Below are positions 1-12,949 of a DNA stretch of 64,000 nt, piece after piece. Position 1 is the first letter of the stretch, and each line of letters opens with the position of its first letter. The position numbers and the translations under genes were made by a program. The stretch lies in contig CM059432.1 in the NCBI GenBank assembly GCA_030390025.1, positions 112,904,001 to 112,968,000 of the forward strand, in the 5' to 3' direction. The notes beneath the pieces were generated by a model. It was not told where the DNA came from, did no database searches, and saw nothing but the letters and a program-made list of their open reading frames with translations. Origin of the DNA: Squalus acanthias. Lineage: Eukaryota.

Positions 1-754
1 TTTCATATTCAGATGAGTGATGCAGAATTTCTGAACCAGGATGGGTATTCCTGATCCAATAAAATGTTCCCCAAGTATTCTTGTTTTTGGTTATTTGCAA
101 TACTGACTGAAGCTTGTAAAAGATCATAGTTTCTATAATAGTTTAAATTTAGATTCTGTTGTAGTATGACTAATTAAATAGACTTAAGGGCAAATATTAC
201 AAATTAATATTAGATGTATAATTTTTTTTTAAATAGTCTGTAGAATTCCTGACACATGCAAGAAACTTTTGCCGAACAACTAATTGTCAGGATTTGACTG
301 CAGCTTCACTAATAAGTATTGAAGAAAAGAAGGTGATGTTCAGTGAAAGACAGACCTTCTGTCAGTGCAGATTGTGGACAGTCTCATTATACTGGAAACA
401 GGATTTCTATTTACATGTTAGGTGTTGGCCTGAGGTGTAAGTATTAGCAAGTGGCATCTGAAATGAAGAGATATTGAAAAGGGGACAATTTTGTAAGGCA
501 TTTCCCTCCCAACATATATCATTAATGGGTCTCTTTGTTCCACTTTTGTCTTTCTGCCTCATTTTTCCTTTTCAGGCTATTCATTTAATTTTTTACGATG
601 AGTTTCTTCCTATTTTGTTTTTCTTCCTTGTGTTTTTTAATAATTTTATATACTTGTTTGTTTGAATTTAGATTCTTAATCTTCCTTTAATTCAGGACAG
701 CAAAGTGTTGTGTCCAAACACATGAATTCATAACTACAATTTGCCACACAAATA

Positions 755-1216
755 CGTGATGAGGTACCAACCTCGGTTCCTCCCATGGTGAGGAACCCAA
801 GCATATTGCAGGTAATCTTTTACAGGAAAAGAAGGAAAAATGCAAGGAAGAGTCAAGGAAGGGACACCTAGTCATATAGGAGCACAGACAAAGATTTCGG
901 AGTAGGTCACTTAGATATAAGCAGAGGTCTGGGAGCTTGAAAAGGGCATAGGTTATAAAGCTTGTGAGCAGGTTACGTGCACACAGGAAGAGAGGCCTGG
1001 GAAAAGGCCACATGGACAATCTCTCAGCTGTATAGATTGCCTGGGACAAGGAGGTCAGAAAAGAAAGGTGGGAAAATTGTAAAATTTTAACAACAAAAAA
1101 GGTGATTCTTCCTCTTAATTCTTTTGCTTTTTCCTCTTTGCATTCTTTTCTCTTGAAAAGTTGATACTTAATTTTTAAGTTAGATAAATGTGAACTGAGG
1201 TTGGTACCTCATCGTG
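755..1216. mobile_element. Non-autonomous TA-flanked DNA transposon (Tc1/mariner-type MITE), 462 bp
   Basis: Inverted repeats cgtgatgaggtaccaacctcggttc (755-779) and gaactgaggttggtacctcatcgtg (1192-1216), 22/25 match. TA at 753-754 and 1217-1218. Confidence 0.7.
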
Positions 1217-1611
1217 TAGTAGTCTGAAGAAATATTTCAAAAGGCTTTTAGTAAATCAGAAAGTTCCTGTTTGAGCTGAAGACATCATAATTCTCTAATG
1301 TAGTTGCTGAAACTCGGAGTTAATGTAAGACATAGTGATGTAGAATGTATAAATAAGCTGCAAATATTTCTCAACAATTTGCAGTAATTACGTCACAATT
1401 ATTCATCTTTAATGTTATGATGCACAATGACAAGGAAAAGGCAGATAGCTACTGTCAGTATAAAACAGAACTGAATAAAATACCTATATAAAATTCAAAG
1501 TGTGTCCCTTATATAAAAAAAAAGTTCCAAAAATTAACCAGGCAGTGATTTGAAGGTTATAGTCTAATTTTGGGGTTTTGGTGGCCAGAGTGAATTGCTC
1601 AAGATTTGCTC

Positions 1612-1722
1612 CTGCTACAACAGTGACTCCACTTCAAAAGTAGTTCATTGGCTGTAAAGCGCTTTTTGAGACGTCCAGTGGTCGTGAAAGGCGCTATAGA
1701 AATGCAAGTCTCTCTTTCTTCT
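1612..1722 (+). mobile_element. 3' tail fragment of Deu-SINE (SacSINE1-like)
   Basis: acaacagtgactccacttcaaaagtagttcattggctgtaaagcgc...gtgaaaggcgctatagaaatgcaagtc matches the tails of the longer copies at 16683-17133 and 37082-37322. Confidence 0.75.
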
Positions 1723-4700
1723 ATGGCATCGCCTGAAGCCTTCCGTTGGATTGTAATCACATGAGTATCTTCTTAATTTTCATGTAGTATAAACATATAA
1801 CTATGCACACTCCAGTTCCAACAACTGTAATAGAAATTGCATCGCAGCATTCAACTTAAAACTGAAAGTATTAGTGAATTTCTTTTGTGCACAAATATAA
1901 GTGCCTTCTATATAAATACATGTGTCTTGAAACCCAATAGTATCCTGCAAGTAAAACCTTACCCTGCACCCGTAGTGCATAGTATGACTGGAAACTACTG
2001 TACAACTACCAGTGTTCTGTACAAATACCCATGCATGCAAAATATTGGGAAATTTTCTACTCAAGACAAAATGGAATTTTTCAAGTAATGCTCAAGGATC
2101 TCTGGAATAATAGGGTCTTTCCTTTTCCTATTTAAACGTAATCAGTGAATCATGAAGGAATCAATGTCTGCAACACAACTTCTCTCAGGCTGAATGAGAA
2201 AGCTCAAAACATGTCTTATGAGAAAATCAGCATCAAATTGATCCCAAAAACTTCCCGCCCCCTTTGGGGGTGAGGAGGTGAAAAGGTACTGGAGCAGATC
2301 AGACTAGTGGATCAAAATAATAAATGAGGCATCTTCCAAATTCAGATCTGGCCATTACTACAGTCCCTGTTCTTATTATTTACATATTTGGATTTAAGGA
2401 AAACAGACTTCAAAATTCCTGTGCAGTGAAGACTGTCTCTGTAAGTCCTGTAGGTTTTCAGAAGGCTGTACACAATATTCTCAGAGTTTAGTTACACCAC
2501 GCCTAATAAATTCAATCTTTCCATTCAAATGCTGCCACAAGCACACCGCAGATAAGAATTTAATTAAATGTAGATTAAAACCAAACAGGAAAACACACTG
2601 GCTGATAGTTTTATCCCATCCTGTGGTTATATTTTTATACTTTAAACTTGTTCTTCCTTGGGCTATACTTTTTTTTTAAATGCAGATAAAGTCATAACCC
2701 ATTGCATCATATATTACAATACCCTGCATCTACCTTCATGTGCAATGCCATGAAAAGAAATGACTATAAACTAGAGGAATCGAAATCACCATTAGTGACA
2801 CGAGCTTTCTATTCCATATCCATTTAACTGAATCTAAATTCCCCAGCTGCAGGTGGGGCCCGAACCCCTATCTCCAGATCACTAGCCCAGGCCCCTGGAT
2901 CACCAGACCTTTAGGACCTAAAGAGGAATGTCATTCTAGGAAACCTACCCTTTATATTCGGAGGTGCATTGAGACTGATGAGCAACATCATTCATAAGAA
3001 GGCTCTGTGACAGAATCCATGGGTTATCTTACGTTAAAGCACTGCCACGGGTTGCAATTGTGTCTCAATATTGTCGTGGCTTCAAGAATTCTGTTACTTC
3101 TATTAGCTTGTAGAGGTTAAAAACAATTCAGACAGTAACCTCTTCATTTATATTTATTTTGTCCATCCCTGGTTTAATATGACTATTCCTCACTTTCATT
3201 GCTAACTGCACCACAGTGTTGTAACGTGCAACATTGTTGTAGTTACCAGCCAGCACTGAATGCGTGAAGGCTTTGGAACACCAGGATTGGCACCCAAAGC
3301 CAGGAAGAATACCGATCTCCTCTCACTGATGGTCGGCAGTCAGACACACACTTCAGAAATGGCACATGCGCTGGTCTTTTCTGGCCAGGAAACCAAAATG
3401 GTAGTTATTCAACAGGCTGTTTTTATGATGGATGCAGACATTGGAAATGTTTTTTTTTTTAAATAATCCTTCTGGGGGAAGAATATTTGACATTGAAAAT
3501 AGCTCCACAGTTTATTGCACTGCCTTCTTTCTAATTCAATGGAACCTTTTCAGTCTAGACTAAACGATGACTTCTCATCAACTATGGTAATTTGCCAATA
3601 GGCAGAAAGCAAATTTCCAATTTTTGAAGAGTAACAACAATGCAATGTGACTCCACCTTTTCCAGATTTGTCAGTAAATTTGATTTCAAAGCCACTTTCC
3701 CAATATTTATCTGGGATCTGTTTAATAAAGGACAGTGTTATTCTCAAGGTGAAGCAGACACATCAAGGAAAGAACCTAGAAAAACATAAGGGGGACAGTG
3801 AGACCCCTTGACCTTTCTGAGAGGAATAGTATCAGCTATAACTGGCCAGGGACGAAAGAGGACTGCATTTATCATTCATTTCTGCTGCTTGTAGGCTACC
3901 TCCTGCAGTGCTAACTGGATTACTGTAGATTTTAAATGCAAGTAAATTGGTGTCAGATTTATTAGTTTATACATGAGAAGGGCTTAAAATGAGTGAAGTT
4001 TGATATTTGTACTTGTCTTTTTAAAGATGCAAAGATCCAAACCTAGCCAAAGCAAACTAGGCCAATTGGAAACTTGCTGCAGATTCTCACGGAGGAAAAT
4101 GTCAGAAACTGGATGATTAAATATTGAACTGAAAGGACTAGGATGATTAACTAAATATTGTACTGAAGGTCTAATAAGCCACATGACAGCATTTTAAATC
4201 TGCAAATTTAAAGCGAAGCAGAAAGGGTAATGTACCAAATTTGGCCAAACCTGCATGTCTTGTGGATTGTATTTAAAGAGACCTGTTTTCCTGAGATTGC
4301 GATGCCTATATTCTGTCTTTGTTTTAATCACAATCTGTAGAATGTTAATTGTGGAAAGGTAGCTCCTGGATCTGCTACCTTGGAGCTTGGAACGGAGACA
4401 GAGTTCACAGTTCCCAGACCTGCTTTTGAGCGTCAGGATGTAAAGAAATGTTTATGTAAATGCTGTGGGACCTGTGAAAAACATTGGAATATTGTGATAA
4501 CGTGCTTTCTATTCCTAGGAAGAGTCCTGCAAGCTACATAGATTACTGAGTGCTTCTATAGGCAAAAATAGCTACTGCAAAATTACACTACTACATGCTT
4601 TTAAAAACTGCCATTGTATTAACAAGCGAGTTGTCCATTCCTGTAAGGTCACAGCTTTGTAAATAAAGAAAACTGAGACAGCTCTTGCTGAGGTAGGAAA

Positions 4701-4724
4701 AGGAATATAGCTCAAAACCAAAAT

Positions 4725-5075
4725 GGAAAGCTTAGTTGGTTAAGTACACTGTGTAATGCAGAACTGAGTTGTAGAGACCAGAAAAGTCTTAAGTTTGATC
4801 CTTAGTGTGCATTGAGTTAGTTGATTGAGCTGGACAGCAGTAGGGGCACTATGTTTGCTCTCAGCGCTTCTAGTTTATAAAGGGAAAATTTGGCCAGGGT
4901 TTCTTCTCCGGATAGCATGCACTGATCATTGGGGACACTGAGTAATGACAGGATTGGGCTCAATTGTGATGCCCACTATAGTCAAGTAGCCTGCTAACAC
5001 TCACTGTCTAAGCTCAGATGTAAGGAAAGGTCACTTAGGCGGGGTACTGGAGGAGTCCCATTGCTCCAGTGACTG
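4725..5075 (+). mobile_element. Old, diverged SINE-like interspersed repeat (unnamed family)
   Basis: Shares blocks (agttgattgagctggacagcagtagggg, ggattgggctc...gatgccc, gtcaagtagcctgctaacactcactgtc) with 33352-33760. The tRNA-like head is degraded. Confidence 0.55.
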
Positions 5076-5086
5076 CACTTCAAAAA

Positions 5087-5170
5087 AGTAATTAATTGGC
5101 TATAAAACACTTTAGGACCTGCTGAGGATGTGGTAAAGTACTATAGAAATGCAAGCTCCTTCTTTCTTTC
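5087..5170 (+). mobile_element. Deu-SINE 3' tail fragment
   Basis: cagtgactgcacttcaaaa...attggctataaaacacttt...tatagaaatgcaagc, same tail as the other copies. Confidence 0.6.
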
Positions 5171-5203
5171 AAAAAAAAAGTTTAAAATATACTTAAACAA
5201 AAA

Positions 5204-6385
5204 GGGGGAAAAATTCAGCTGCTTGCGCCTCCCGTTAGCGCCTTAGGGGCAACACGGTGGCATAGTGGTTAGCACTGGTGCCTCACAGCGCCAGGGACCC
5301 GGGTTCGAATCTGACCTCGGGTGACTGTCTGTGTGGAGTTTGCACATTCTCCCCGTGTCTGCGTGGGTTTCCTCCGGGTGCTCCGGTTTCCTCCCACAGT
5401 CCAAAAATGTGCGGGTTAGGTTGATTTGGCTATGATAAATTGACCCTTAGTGTTAGGGGGGGATTAAATATGTGGGGTTATGGGGATAGGATAGGATATG
5501 TTAGGGGGAATTAAATACGTGGGGTTACGGGGGTCGGGTGGGATATGTGTACTGTGGGGATTAAAGCAGGGACAGGGTACTGGATTTGGATGATCAGCCA
5601 TGATCGTATTGAATGGCGGAGCAGGCTCGACGGGCCGAATGGCCTACTCCTGCTCCTAGATTCTATGTTTCTATGTTTCTATATGTAAAGCAGCTAACGC
5701 CCGGGCGCAGCGCCGCCCACGCCTCCCGAAAAATTTAGTGGGAGGTTAGCGGCGGCGGCAGCCGGTAGCGCCCTGTGGCGCTGCGCCGCCGGCGATGACG
5801 TCATCGCCGTGCGCAGCACCCCGCTCGCGCCCCGGCCGTGATCTTCAATCGCGCCCCCTGATTTACCGCCAGACGCTATGTCCGACGGGTTCAGGGAGGC
5901 GTACGTGCGGCCGGGGCGGCGATATTTAAAGCGGAGGTGGCAGGCGGCCATTTTTGTTGCTGGCCGCCTGCCAGCACCTGCCCCCGGCCCCCGTGAAGCC
6001 CCCCCACCGTGAAGTGCCGGCTGCGCTCCAAGAGCCCGGCACTTCTCTTGAGTGCCGGGCTCTTTTGCCGGCACTCCCGATCCCTGGGGGCCCAGCTGGG
6101 CCCCGGTTCGCGCTGCGCAGGGTCCCTCCCCTTTAAGAAGGGGAGGAAGGCCTGCAATACCGCGGCGCGACGTGCCGCAGCGCATGGCGCTGCGGCACGT
6201 AGCGCCAGGATATTCACTCGCAGCGCCCCAAGAGGGATGCGGGCTGCTTCCAGTTGCGCCCCGCTTCCCTCTTGGGGCGCAACCACTGAAGTTCCGGCGC
6301 GGGGCCGCTAATTTTTTCGGGGCGCTAAAAGTCGCGCCCCGGCGAGGTTAGCGCCCCAAATGGGGCGCGACTCAATTTTTACCCC
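5204..6385. mobile_element. GC/CpG-rich Harbinger-like non-autonomous element, interrupted by an HE1-like SINE
   Basis: TIRs gggggaaaaattcag (5204) and ctcaatttttacccc (ends 6385), 13/15 match. aaa on both flanks fits a 3-bp TSD. No coding capacity. Confidence 0.7.
5247..5682 (+). mobile_element. HE1-like V-SINE (tRNA head, CR1-derived tail)
   Basis: Head has A box (tggcatagtgg) and B box (ggttcgaatc), central ctgtgtggagtttgcacattctccccgtgtctgcgtggg domain, and a tail matching the CR1 3'UTR at 36960-37081, ending in (ctatgttt)n. Confidence 0.9.
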
Positions 6386-7640
6386 AAACTGTATGATAAC
6401 AGATTTTTAACTGTGAGGTAGTTACACGATAGATGGTGAATCAGAGCCAATTGAACCCACACAGAGAGATCTACTCGCAAATGTGGTCTTAAAATTCACC
6501 CAATAGTCTGTGAATTTTTTATATAACCCATCTTGTGTTTCCCGACTACATTCTGATCTAGTTTTTTTTTGTATTTTACTTTTAGGAGGTTAGGCTCGTG
6601 TGTAAATCTCGTCTACCAAAAATGAGGACAAGATGCATTATTTCTGCACTCTTCCACTGCCATTGTTAGTCAGTCTGAGAGTTGCAGTAGTTACATTCAG
6701 ATCTTTCAAAAGCAGTAATCACATTATTGGGCTGGTACAGTTCTAAGGAAGCTACTTTATGCAGAGTTCCTTAACCCATTCCCATTCAGAACAGCTAAAA
6801 ACAGTTGGTACATAATTCCCCAAGGTGCCCATAGATAGCTAACAGCTACATTGATTTCCTTTATAATTTTACAATCTGTTCTGTGACAGACGGTTCCAGC
6901 TTACCAGCACTGTAAACTACAGCTCTGTTTTAGGTTTTAAAATTAGACATATTGTGAATTTTTATTTGCATAATTTTAACAATAATATTGAGCGGCCCGG
7001 AGCTCCCTGGGTATGCTGGAGGCCAGACTGACCATATTGCACAAAAACTCTTGGTGAGAGAGGGTTTAGCATACTGTGGCAAATTTGGTATAGATATAAT
7101 GTGCGACTTTGAGCTGTGGTGAGATGCACTGTCTCTTTAAAATCCAACTGAGAATGATGCTCCTGTGTTCAGTGAACAGAAGGTGAATGTGTGCATGAAT
7201 GCCCTGAACAGAAGAAGAAATATCGGAATATTTGTGTTGCATGTTGGATCTAATGCAGAAATTCAAACTGGAGGTTCATTAGCAGTGAATGACCCATTCT
7301 GCATCTGGCAGAGACAGACGTTAAAACTGCTGCTCCTCATCCGAAGTAAATAATGGCAGTGAAGGGAATACCAGCACCAGCTACCAAACAATGGCACTAA
7401 CTGCAGCCAAAATTCTGTGTTTTGGCTTATTTGAATGACAAGAACCAGGATTTTGTGGCTTAAATGAGGCTTACCATAGGAATTTGGTAATTGTGCTACT
7501 ATTCACATTCGGCTGAGAGAGAAGGAATTATTAGTTGATAAAAGATTAGATTCTTATAGCAAGTTTAGTAGATCAAAACCTGTACCACACAACATTTTGA
7601 ACTACCACTATCAGCTTGTGCTCAACTTTTAAAAGACATT

Positions 7641-8386
7641 GGCCCGGATTTTCCGGGGCCTATGATCGCGTATGCGGTCATAAGTGCCCCATAAGTTCTG
7701 GGTTTCCGCATGCGTTGCGAAAACCCGGAACTTGCGATCTGTGAAGTTTCAGCTTGACAGATCCACCGCATCCCCGGGAAACGGACATTCGCGGGCAGAG
7801 AGTTGGGCTACTTGCCCAACTACTGCCCAACGAATACCTGTGAAACTCTTACACCTGGTAAAAGCAGGCATAGGGCCTTGTTTTGCCAGCGTAAGAGTTT
7901 AAATAAATATTTTAAAAATTTTTTACTTATTTAAACATAAAAAAACTTTAAAATTAGTTATAGGTTATTTTTGGCCCCTTTAAAACATTTAAATTTATTT
8001 TTCAAAAAATAAAATTTTTGTTTCAAATGTTTAATTTAATTGTATTTTAATTAATTTTGAACATGTAATGATTTATTTTTATTTAACTGGTGTGTAATTG
8101 TGTTTTTTAGGGAATTCCTATTCATGCTTACGGGGATTCTGTACGTAAATCCCCATAAGCATAATGGGGATCCCCCTTTTTGATTGGTTGGGCCGGCCCA
8201 CGTGATCCCAGGGAAGCTTGCGAACCGCCTGCGCCCCTGGGATACATGGGCCGTTACGCAGGCGGTTCGCATAGAGGCCCAGTAGCGCGAGTCTATGAAC
8301 CTCCGGGACCATCAGGTAGGTTCGTATTTTTCTTGTGGTTCAGAGGCATTCACCCACGGGAAGCCTCCCACCGCAAATTCAGGCCC
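7641..8386. mobile_element. Harbinger-like MITE
   Basis: Imperfect TIRs ggcccggattttccgg and ccgcaaattcaggccc (12/16), AT-rich core. Block aacccggaacttgcgatctgtgaag is shared in inverted orientation with 40110-41018. Confidence 0.65.
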
Positions 8387-8389
8387 AAT

Positions 8390-8555
8390 GTTCATGGGAT
8401 GTAGATGATGCCGGCAAGGCTGCATTTATTGCCCATCACTAGTTGCCTTGAGAAGTGGTGGTGGGCCCTTTTCCTTGAATTACTGCAGTCCTTGTGATAA
8501 TGGTGCTCCACAATGGTGTTAGGTACGGAATTCAGGGATATTGACCCCGAGATGA
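8390..8555 (-). mobile_element. 3' end fragment of LINE (same family as 43945-45091)
   Basis: gcaaggctgcatttattgcccatcactagttgccttgagaagtggtggtg matches 43974-44030. Confidence 0.65.
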
Positions 8556-9637
8556 TAATCATTATAATGAACGTTCTAGCTTGTGTCATGCTGGAAAGGA
8601 GAATGTGTTTCAGCCAGCTCTCTTGTCTCCTCCTCTGGAATAAAACATGTTGGAATGTTCATTATAATACTGCAAACATTCAGGATCAGTTTAGCCACAA
8701 ATGTGCAGAAAGATGCTTAACTGCTCGAACTATTCTGTTTTACCTTTTCGTTGTTTGTTGCTTCAAATTAAGAAACAAATCCTCCCACGCTGAGATTTTT
8801 GGTTTCCCAGCAAATGAACATATAATTATAAATACACTTACATCCTGCTAATGATCTCTCCAGCTATTGGATTTTCAAAGTGTAAAGCAATCACTTTGAA
8901 ACTTTTCGCCAATGAGGTGAAATGATTGGTGTTAGTTGGAGTTAGATCACAAGGGAATCCTTTCTCTGTTAAATGCTGTCTGGAGCTTGCAGTTCTGTTT
9001 TATACAAGATCCATCCATCATGCTGGGGAGGCTTTGGGTGTTCCCCTTTGATTATGTTTTGTGGTTCATTTTACTTCTTTGATATAAAGGGCTGAATTTT
9101 GCCGGCGCTCAGAGGGTGGGTTTGGAGGCGGGTCCACTGTCAAAATCAAAAAGATTGACAGCGGGGCGGTATCCCACTCTGATCCCGTCTCCTTGTCAGT
9201 TTCCCAGGTGCTGGCGCTGCCTGCGCTTTGCCGACACGGCACTAAGCGGCGGGTCATTCAATTGTGTTAGTTAAGAGGGTGTTTAAAGCAATTTAATCAC
9301 CATTTTACCAGGCACAAAGCATTTTCCCAAGTTTTCCACAGGTTCCCATCGCTCGGGGATCACGCCAGGTAAGTTATTCGGGTTCTGAACAACTCTCCAT
9401 TTCTTTCAATAGGTAACAGCTGCAAAAGTGGTTTAAAACCTGCCATTTTACAGCTGGTCACTTTCCAATCTCAGAAGCTACAGCCTTCAGTATTTGGAAG
9501 AGATTTTTCAGCTTTATGCAGTTGGGAAGTGTTTGCAGTAAACTCTCTATTCACTGTCACCTCCTTGCAGCATCATATCTCACCCTTGATAGATTGCTTC
9601 TGTCATCTCAACTTCACCTGGCATCTGAAACACCAGA

Positions 9638-10878
9638 ATGGGCACGATTTATGCTCTCTCTCACCTTGGTCCTCAGAATCTGATGACGATCACCCGCAGA
9701 GCAGCAGAACCAGCCACAGCAGCAGCAGCAACAACAAGAGCGCCAACTTTCTCCTCAACCACCTGATGCAGCACAGGGCATGGGGCATCAGCGCAGGGCT
9801 GCACTGCGCCGGAGGTGATACCCCAAAACAGGGTATACAGGCAGAGGATGAGCTTCCTCAACATGACGGAGCAGCAGTGCCAAAGGAGGCTCAGGCTATC
9901 GCGCCAGGTCGTCGCTGACATTAGCGTTTTGCTGCAGCAAGACCTGCAGCCCAGAGGAAGGGGTGGACACCCCTTGCCAGTGGCTGTCAAAGTCACCTTT
10001 GCCCTCAACTTCTTTGCCTCAGGCTCCTTCCAGGCATCTGCAGCAGACCTTTGCGGCATCTCGCAGTCGGCCACCCACAGATGCATCGCACAGGTAACCG
10101 ATGCACTCTTTAACAAGCTGGCAAATTATATACATTTTGCCACTGATGAAGCCACTGTCAATGAGCGTGCGCTTGGCTTTGCCGCTCTAGCTGGCTTCCC
10201 ACGGGGGCAGGGAGTCAGCGACTGCACACATGGGGCCATCAGGGCACACATCACAACCCAGTAGCACTTGTTAACCGCAAGGGCTTCCACTCCTTCAACG
10301 TTCAGCTGGTCTGCAACCATAGGAAGATTATCATCCATGTGTGCGCCAAGTTCCCTGGCAGCTGCCATGACTCTTACATCCTGCGCCAGTCCACCGTCCC
10401 CCAGCTCTTCACACCGCCAAACAGTCTTGGCAGCTGGCTGCTTGGAGACAAGGGCTATCCCCTGAAGACATGGCTCATGACACCTTTGAGGAGGCCAACC
10501 AACTTGCCTGAGGGACGTTATAATCAGAGCCACATCTCCACGAGAAGCGCCATCGAACAAACAGTAGGCTTGCTCAAAATGCGCTTCAGATGCCTCGACA
10601 GATCTGGAGGAGCCCTTCAGTACTCACCAGCCAGGGTCTCCCGAATAATCGTGGTGTGCTGTGCCCTGCACAACATAGCGCAGCAGCGAGGATTAGTACT
10701 GGATGAGGAAGACGGCGCTGAGCGCACAGCCTCATGGGAGGACGAGGAGGCTCATCATGAGGTTGGTGACGAGGTTGAGGAACACCTGGATGAGCCGGCG
10801 GTCCCATTGAGAGCAGTACGCGATCACGCTGCTGCCCGTCACGCCAGGGATACCCTGATCAATGGCATATTTCAATAA
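9638..10878 (+). pseudogene. Harbinger (HARBI1-like) DDE transposase, frameshifted
   Basis: ORFs 9815-10264 and 10339-10878 join across a frameshift near 10255. Motifs [72 protein letters not shown]. All three catalytic acidic residues are present. In-frame stop near 9816 and frameshifts in a Q-rich N-terminus. Confidence 0.9.
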
Positions 10879-11203
10879 CTTGATGCAGCTCATACATGTG
10901 TCTGGCACCTGCATACGCAGGTTTGCATCACCCAACACCAACACCATGCTGCAGTCACACAATGATTTGTCCCTTGTTTTGACTCTCACCACCATTGCTG
11001 GGTGTCAAATGAGCCCTGACACTTCACTCTGCCACTTCCATTTCAGCACACAAATTTGCCAATGATCTCCAATTGTGACAATTACATGATTTATTAACAG
11101 CACTTCATATAATAATAACATGACATTGATAAAGAGAGAGACGCCCGAGTGACTACCCTTGTGACTATTTATGTGTGCTCTTTCTTTTCTGGGTTGTTCT
11201 ACG

Positions 11204-12194
11204 TCATGCTACCCCTGCGACTTCAGCAGAGGTAGAGGCAGCCTCCTCATCTCCGTGCTGCGTCTGCTTAGAAGCCTTTGGCGGTCGTACTCTGGGTTTT
11301 GGAGCCACTGATGGCTCTGCCAAAGTCTGCTCCTCCTGCGACTGTGCATGTGCAGACTCGGCCATCACTGTCCGGGGAGGCATCTGGGGCTCTGACTGAG
11401 GGGTTGGCAAGGGGGTGGAAGTCAGAGCGCTTGGAGCGGAGCCCCCACTTCCATGTCCCCTCCCACCATCATCCCTCTCATGGGCCACCAGCACTTCCCT
11501 GCTAACACGTAGCTGGAGAGCACCTTGCTGCACTTCAGTGGGACCATGAGGGCCCACCTCTATGCTGACATCCCTCCTACAAAGGACGTCTATAAGCCTC
11601 TGGTTTCTCTCCTCCATTGATGGCCATCTCTCCATAGATGAGCATCTCTCCTTCATAGATGAGCATCTATTTTGAAGAGAAACCATGTTCTCATGCGACT
11701 GGCGCCGTGTCTCCTCGATGCAGTTGGCCATCCTATCCATGGAGGAAGCTATAGTTGCCAGTGAGTGCGTCACGGTGTTGCTCATGCTGGAGATGGATTC
11801 CTCCATTCTCTGCACACTCGCAGTCACCATGGTCACAGAGCCAGTCAGAGCCTCCTGCACTTGTTCCTGCAGCTCCAGGATTGCCCTCTTCCTGGATGGC
11901 CCTTGAGGCTCAGCATCTGCATGCAGCTGGCAGAGCTAGAAGACTCCTGTGCCCTCCGATGAGGAGTCTCCACTGCTGTCAATGTCTCCACCATCTGCTG
12001 CTGCGCAGTTGTGATCTGTGAGACACCAGGTGACGACACTACTCTATCTCGCGACATACCCACCGAGGTGTGCGACTCTGTGCTGGTGCTAGGTTGCGTT
12101 ATCTGAGGTGACGCTGCACCCTCAGAGGCAGGAGGCTCCTCTGAGGAGTCTTCTTGCTGTTGCTCCGGGACATTGGGGGGGGCTCTTGATGGAC
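11204..12194 (-). pseudogene. Last exon of the Harbinger second gene (low-complexity and coiled-coil C-terminus of the Myb/SANT-like protein)
   Basis: Acceptor ctctcccacag|G at 12195/12194 on minus. ORFs 11845-12063 and 11204-11860 are S/M/E-rich and helical. Convergent with the transposase, as in copy C. Confidence 0.7.
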
Positions 12195-12949
12195 CTGTGG
12201 GAGAGTGAAGACATCAGTTTAAATAAACCGGCAATAATCACGTCATCTGGTGATGTCACCAGACCCACACCCTTTAATAGGGCCGGGAAACGCGCAGGGC
12301 GGGCCTAACAAGGCCCATTACGGCACGATTTGATTTAATGACTTGAACCATGCAGCAGCGGGGTCACCCCCGCCACCGAACGCTCCCGCTGTGAAGCCGG
12401 CCAGGTAGGCGAAAGTGTCTGCTTTTGAAACATATGTTGACATGGTTAGCAGTCTTTATACTGTTTTGAACATGCAACATCACCAAAAAATAGATATGTG
12501 TAATAACAATAACTATTTAAGTGTAAAATTGCATATGTAAGTGTGAAAATAACATTGAACACATGTATGATGTGTGCAATGTGCTATTTCTTATACAGTA
12601 AGGTGACCACAGGTTCCTTCTTAACTTATACCATGTGAGTAACTGCCCCAGCGTGCCAAGATGCTATAACCCAGAAATTGCTGGAGTGGGGCATCTTGTG
12701 TCGAACGCCATGAATTAGATTTATTTTCTCACTCTTCAGGTCGTATTATTTTTGCGTCGCAAATTGCTGAAATGTGAATTGATAACAGTGCGGTGACGTC
12801 AACGGGGCACCTGGGACCTCCTGAACGTTGGATACAAGGGTCCATCTCCTTAACTAATGGAATTTACGGATAGAGAAAAAAACAGAGGGAATGACAGAGA
12901 AGGAAATAGGGTGAATTAGACTCAAATTAGATACAGAAAGAGAAATATA

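Larger units (their letters stand above)
9089..12415 (+). mobile_element. PIF/Harbinger transposon copy A (right TIR not found; Myb exons deleted)
   Basis: Left end gggctgaatttt. Contains a HARBI1-like transposase on + and the last exon of a convergent gene on -. Subterminal sequences are shared with copy B (12950-14663). Confidence 0.85.

Noticed and set aside
5247..5320. tRNA gene
   Set aside because: The A and B boxes belong to a SINE head. There is no complete cloverleaf, and the sequence continues into SINE body and LINE tail.
5694..6351. GC-rich ORFs, or the first exon of a host gene
   Set aside because: The ORFs overlap on both strands because GC-rich DNA has few stops, and the region lies within TIRs and a TSD.
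7141..7353. Cadherin-like words (ENDAPVFSE, GSNAEI) in a short ORF
   Set aside because: There is a stop immediately upstream, no DxD calcium motif, wrong spacing and no clear splice sites. Probably chance; a tBLASTn or HMMER cadherin search would settle it.
9638..10878. Host HARBI1 gene
   Set aside because: Frameshifts and stops, a TIR-like end, a convergent partner gene and multiple related copies show transposon relics, not the domesticated gene.
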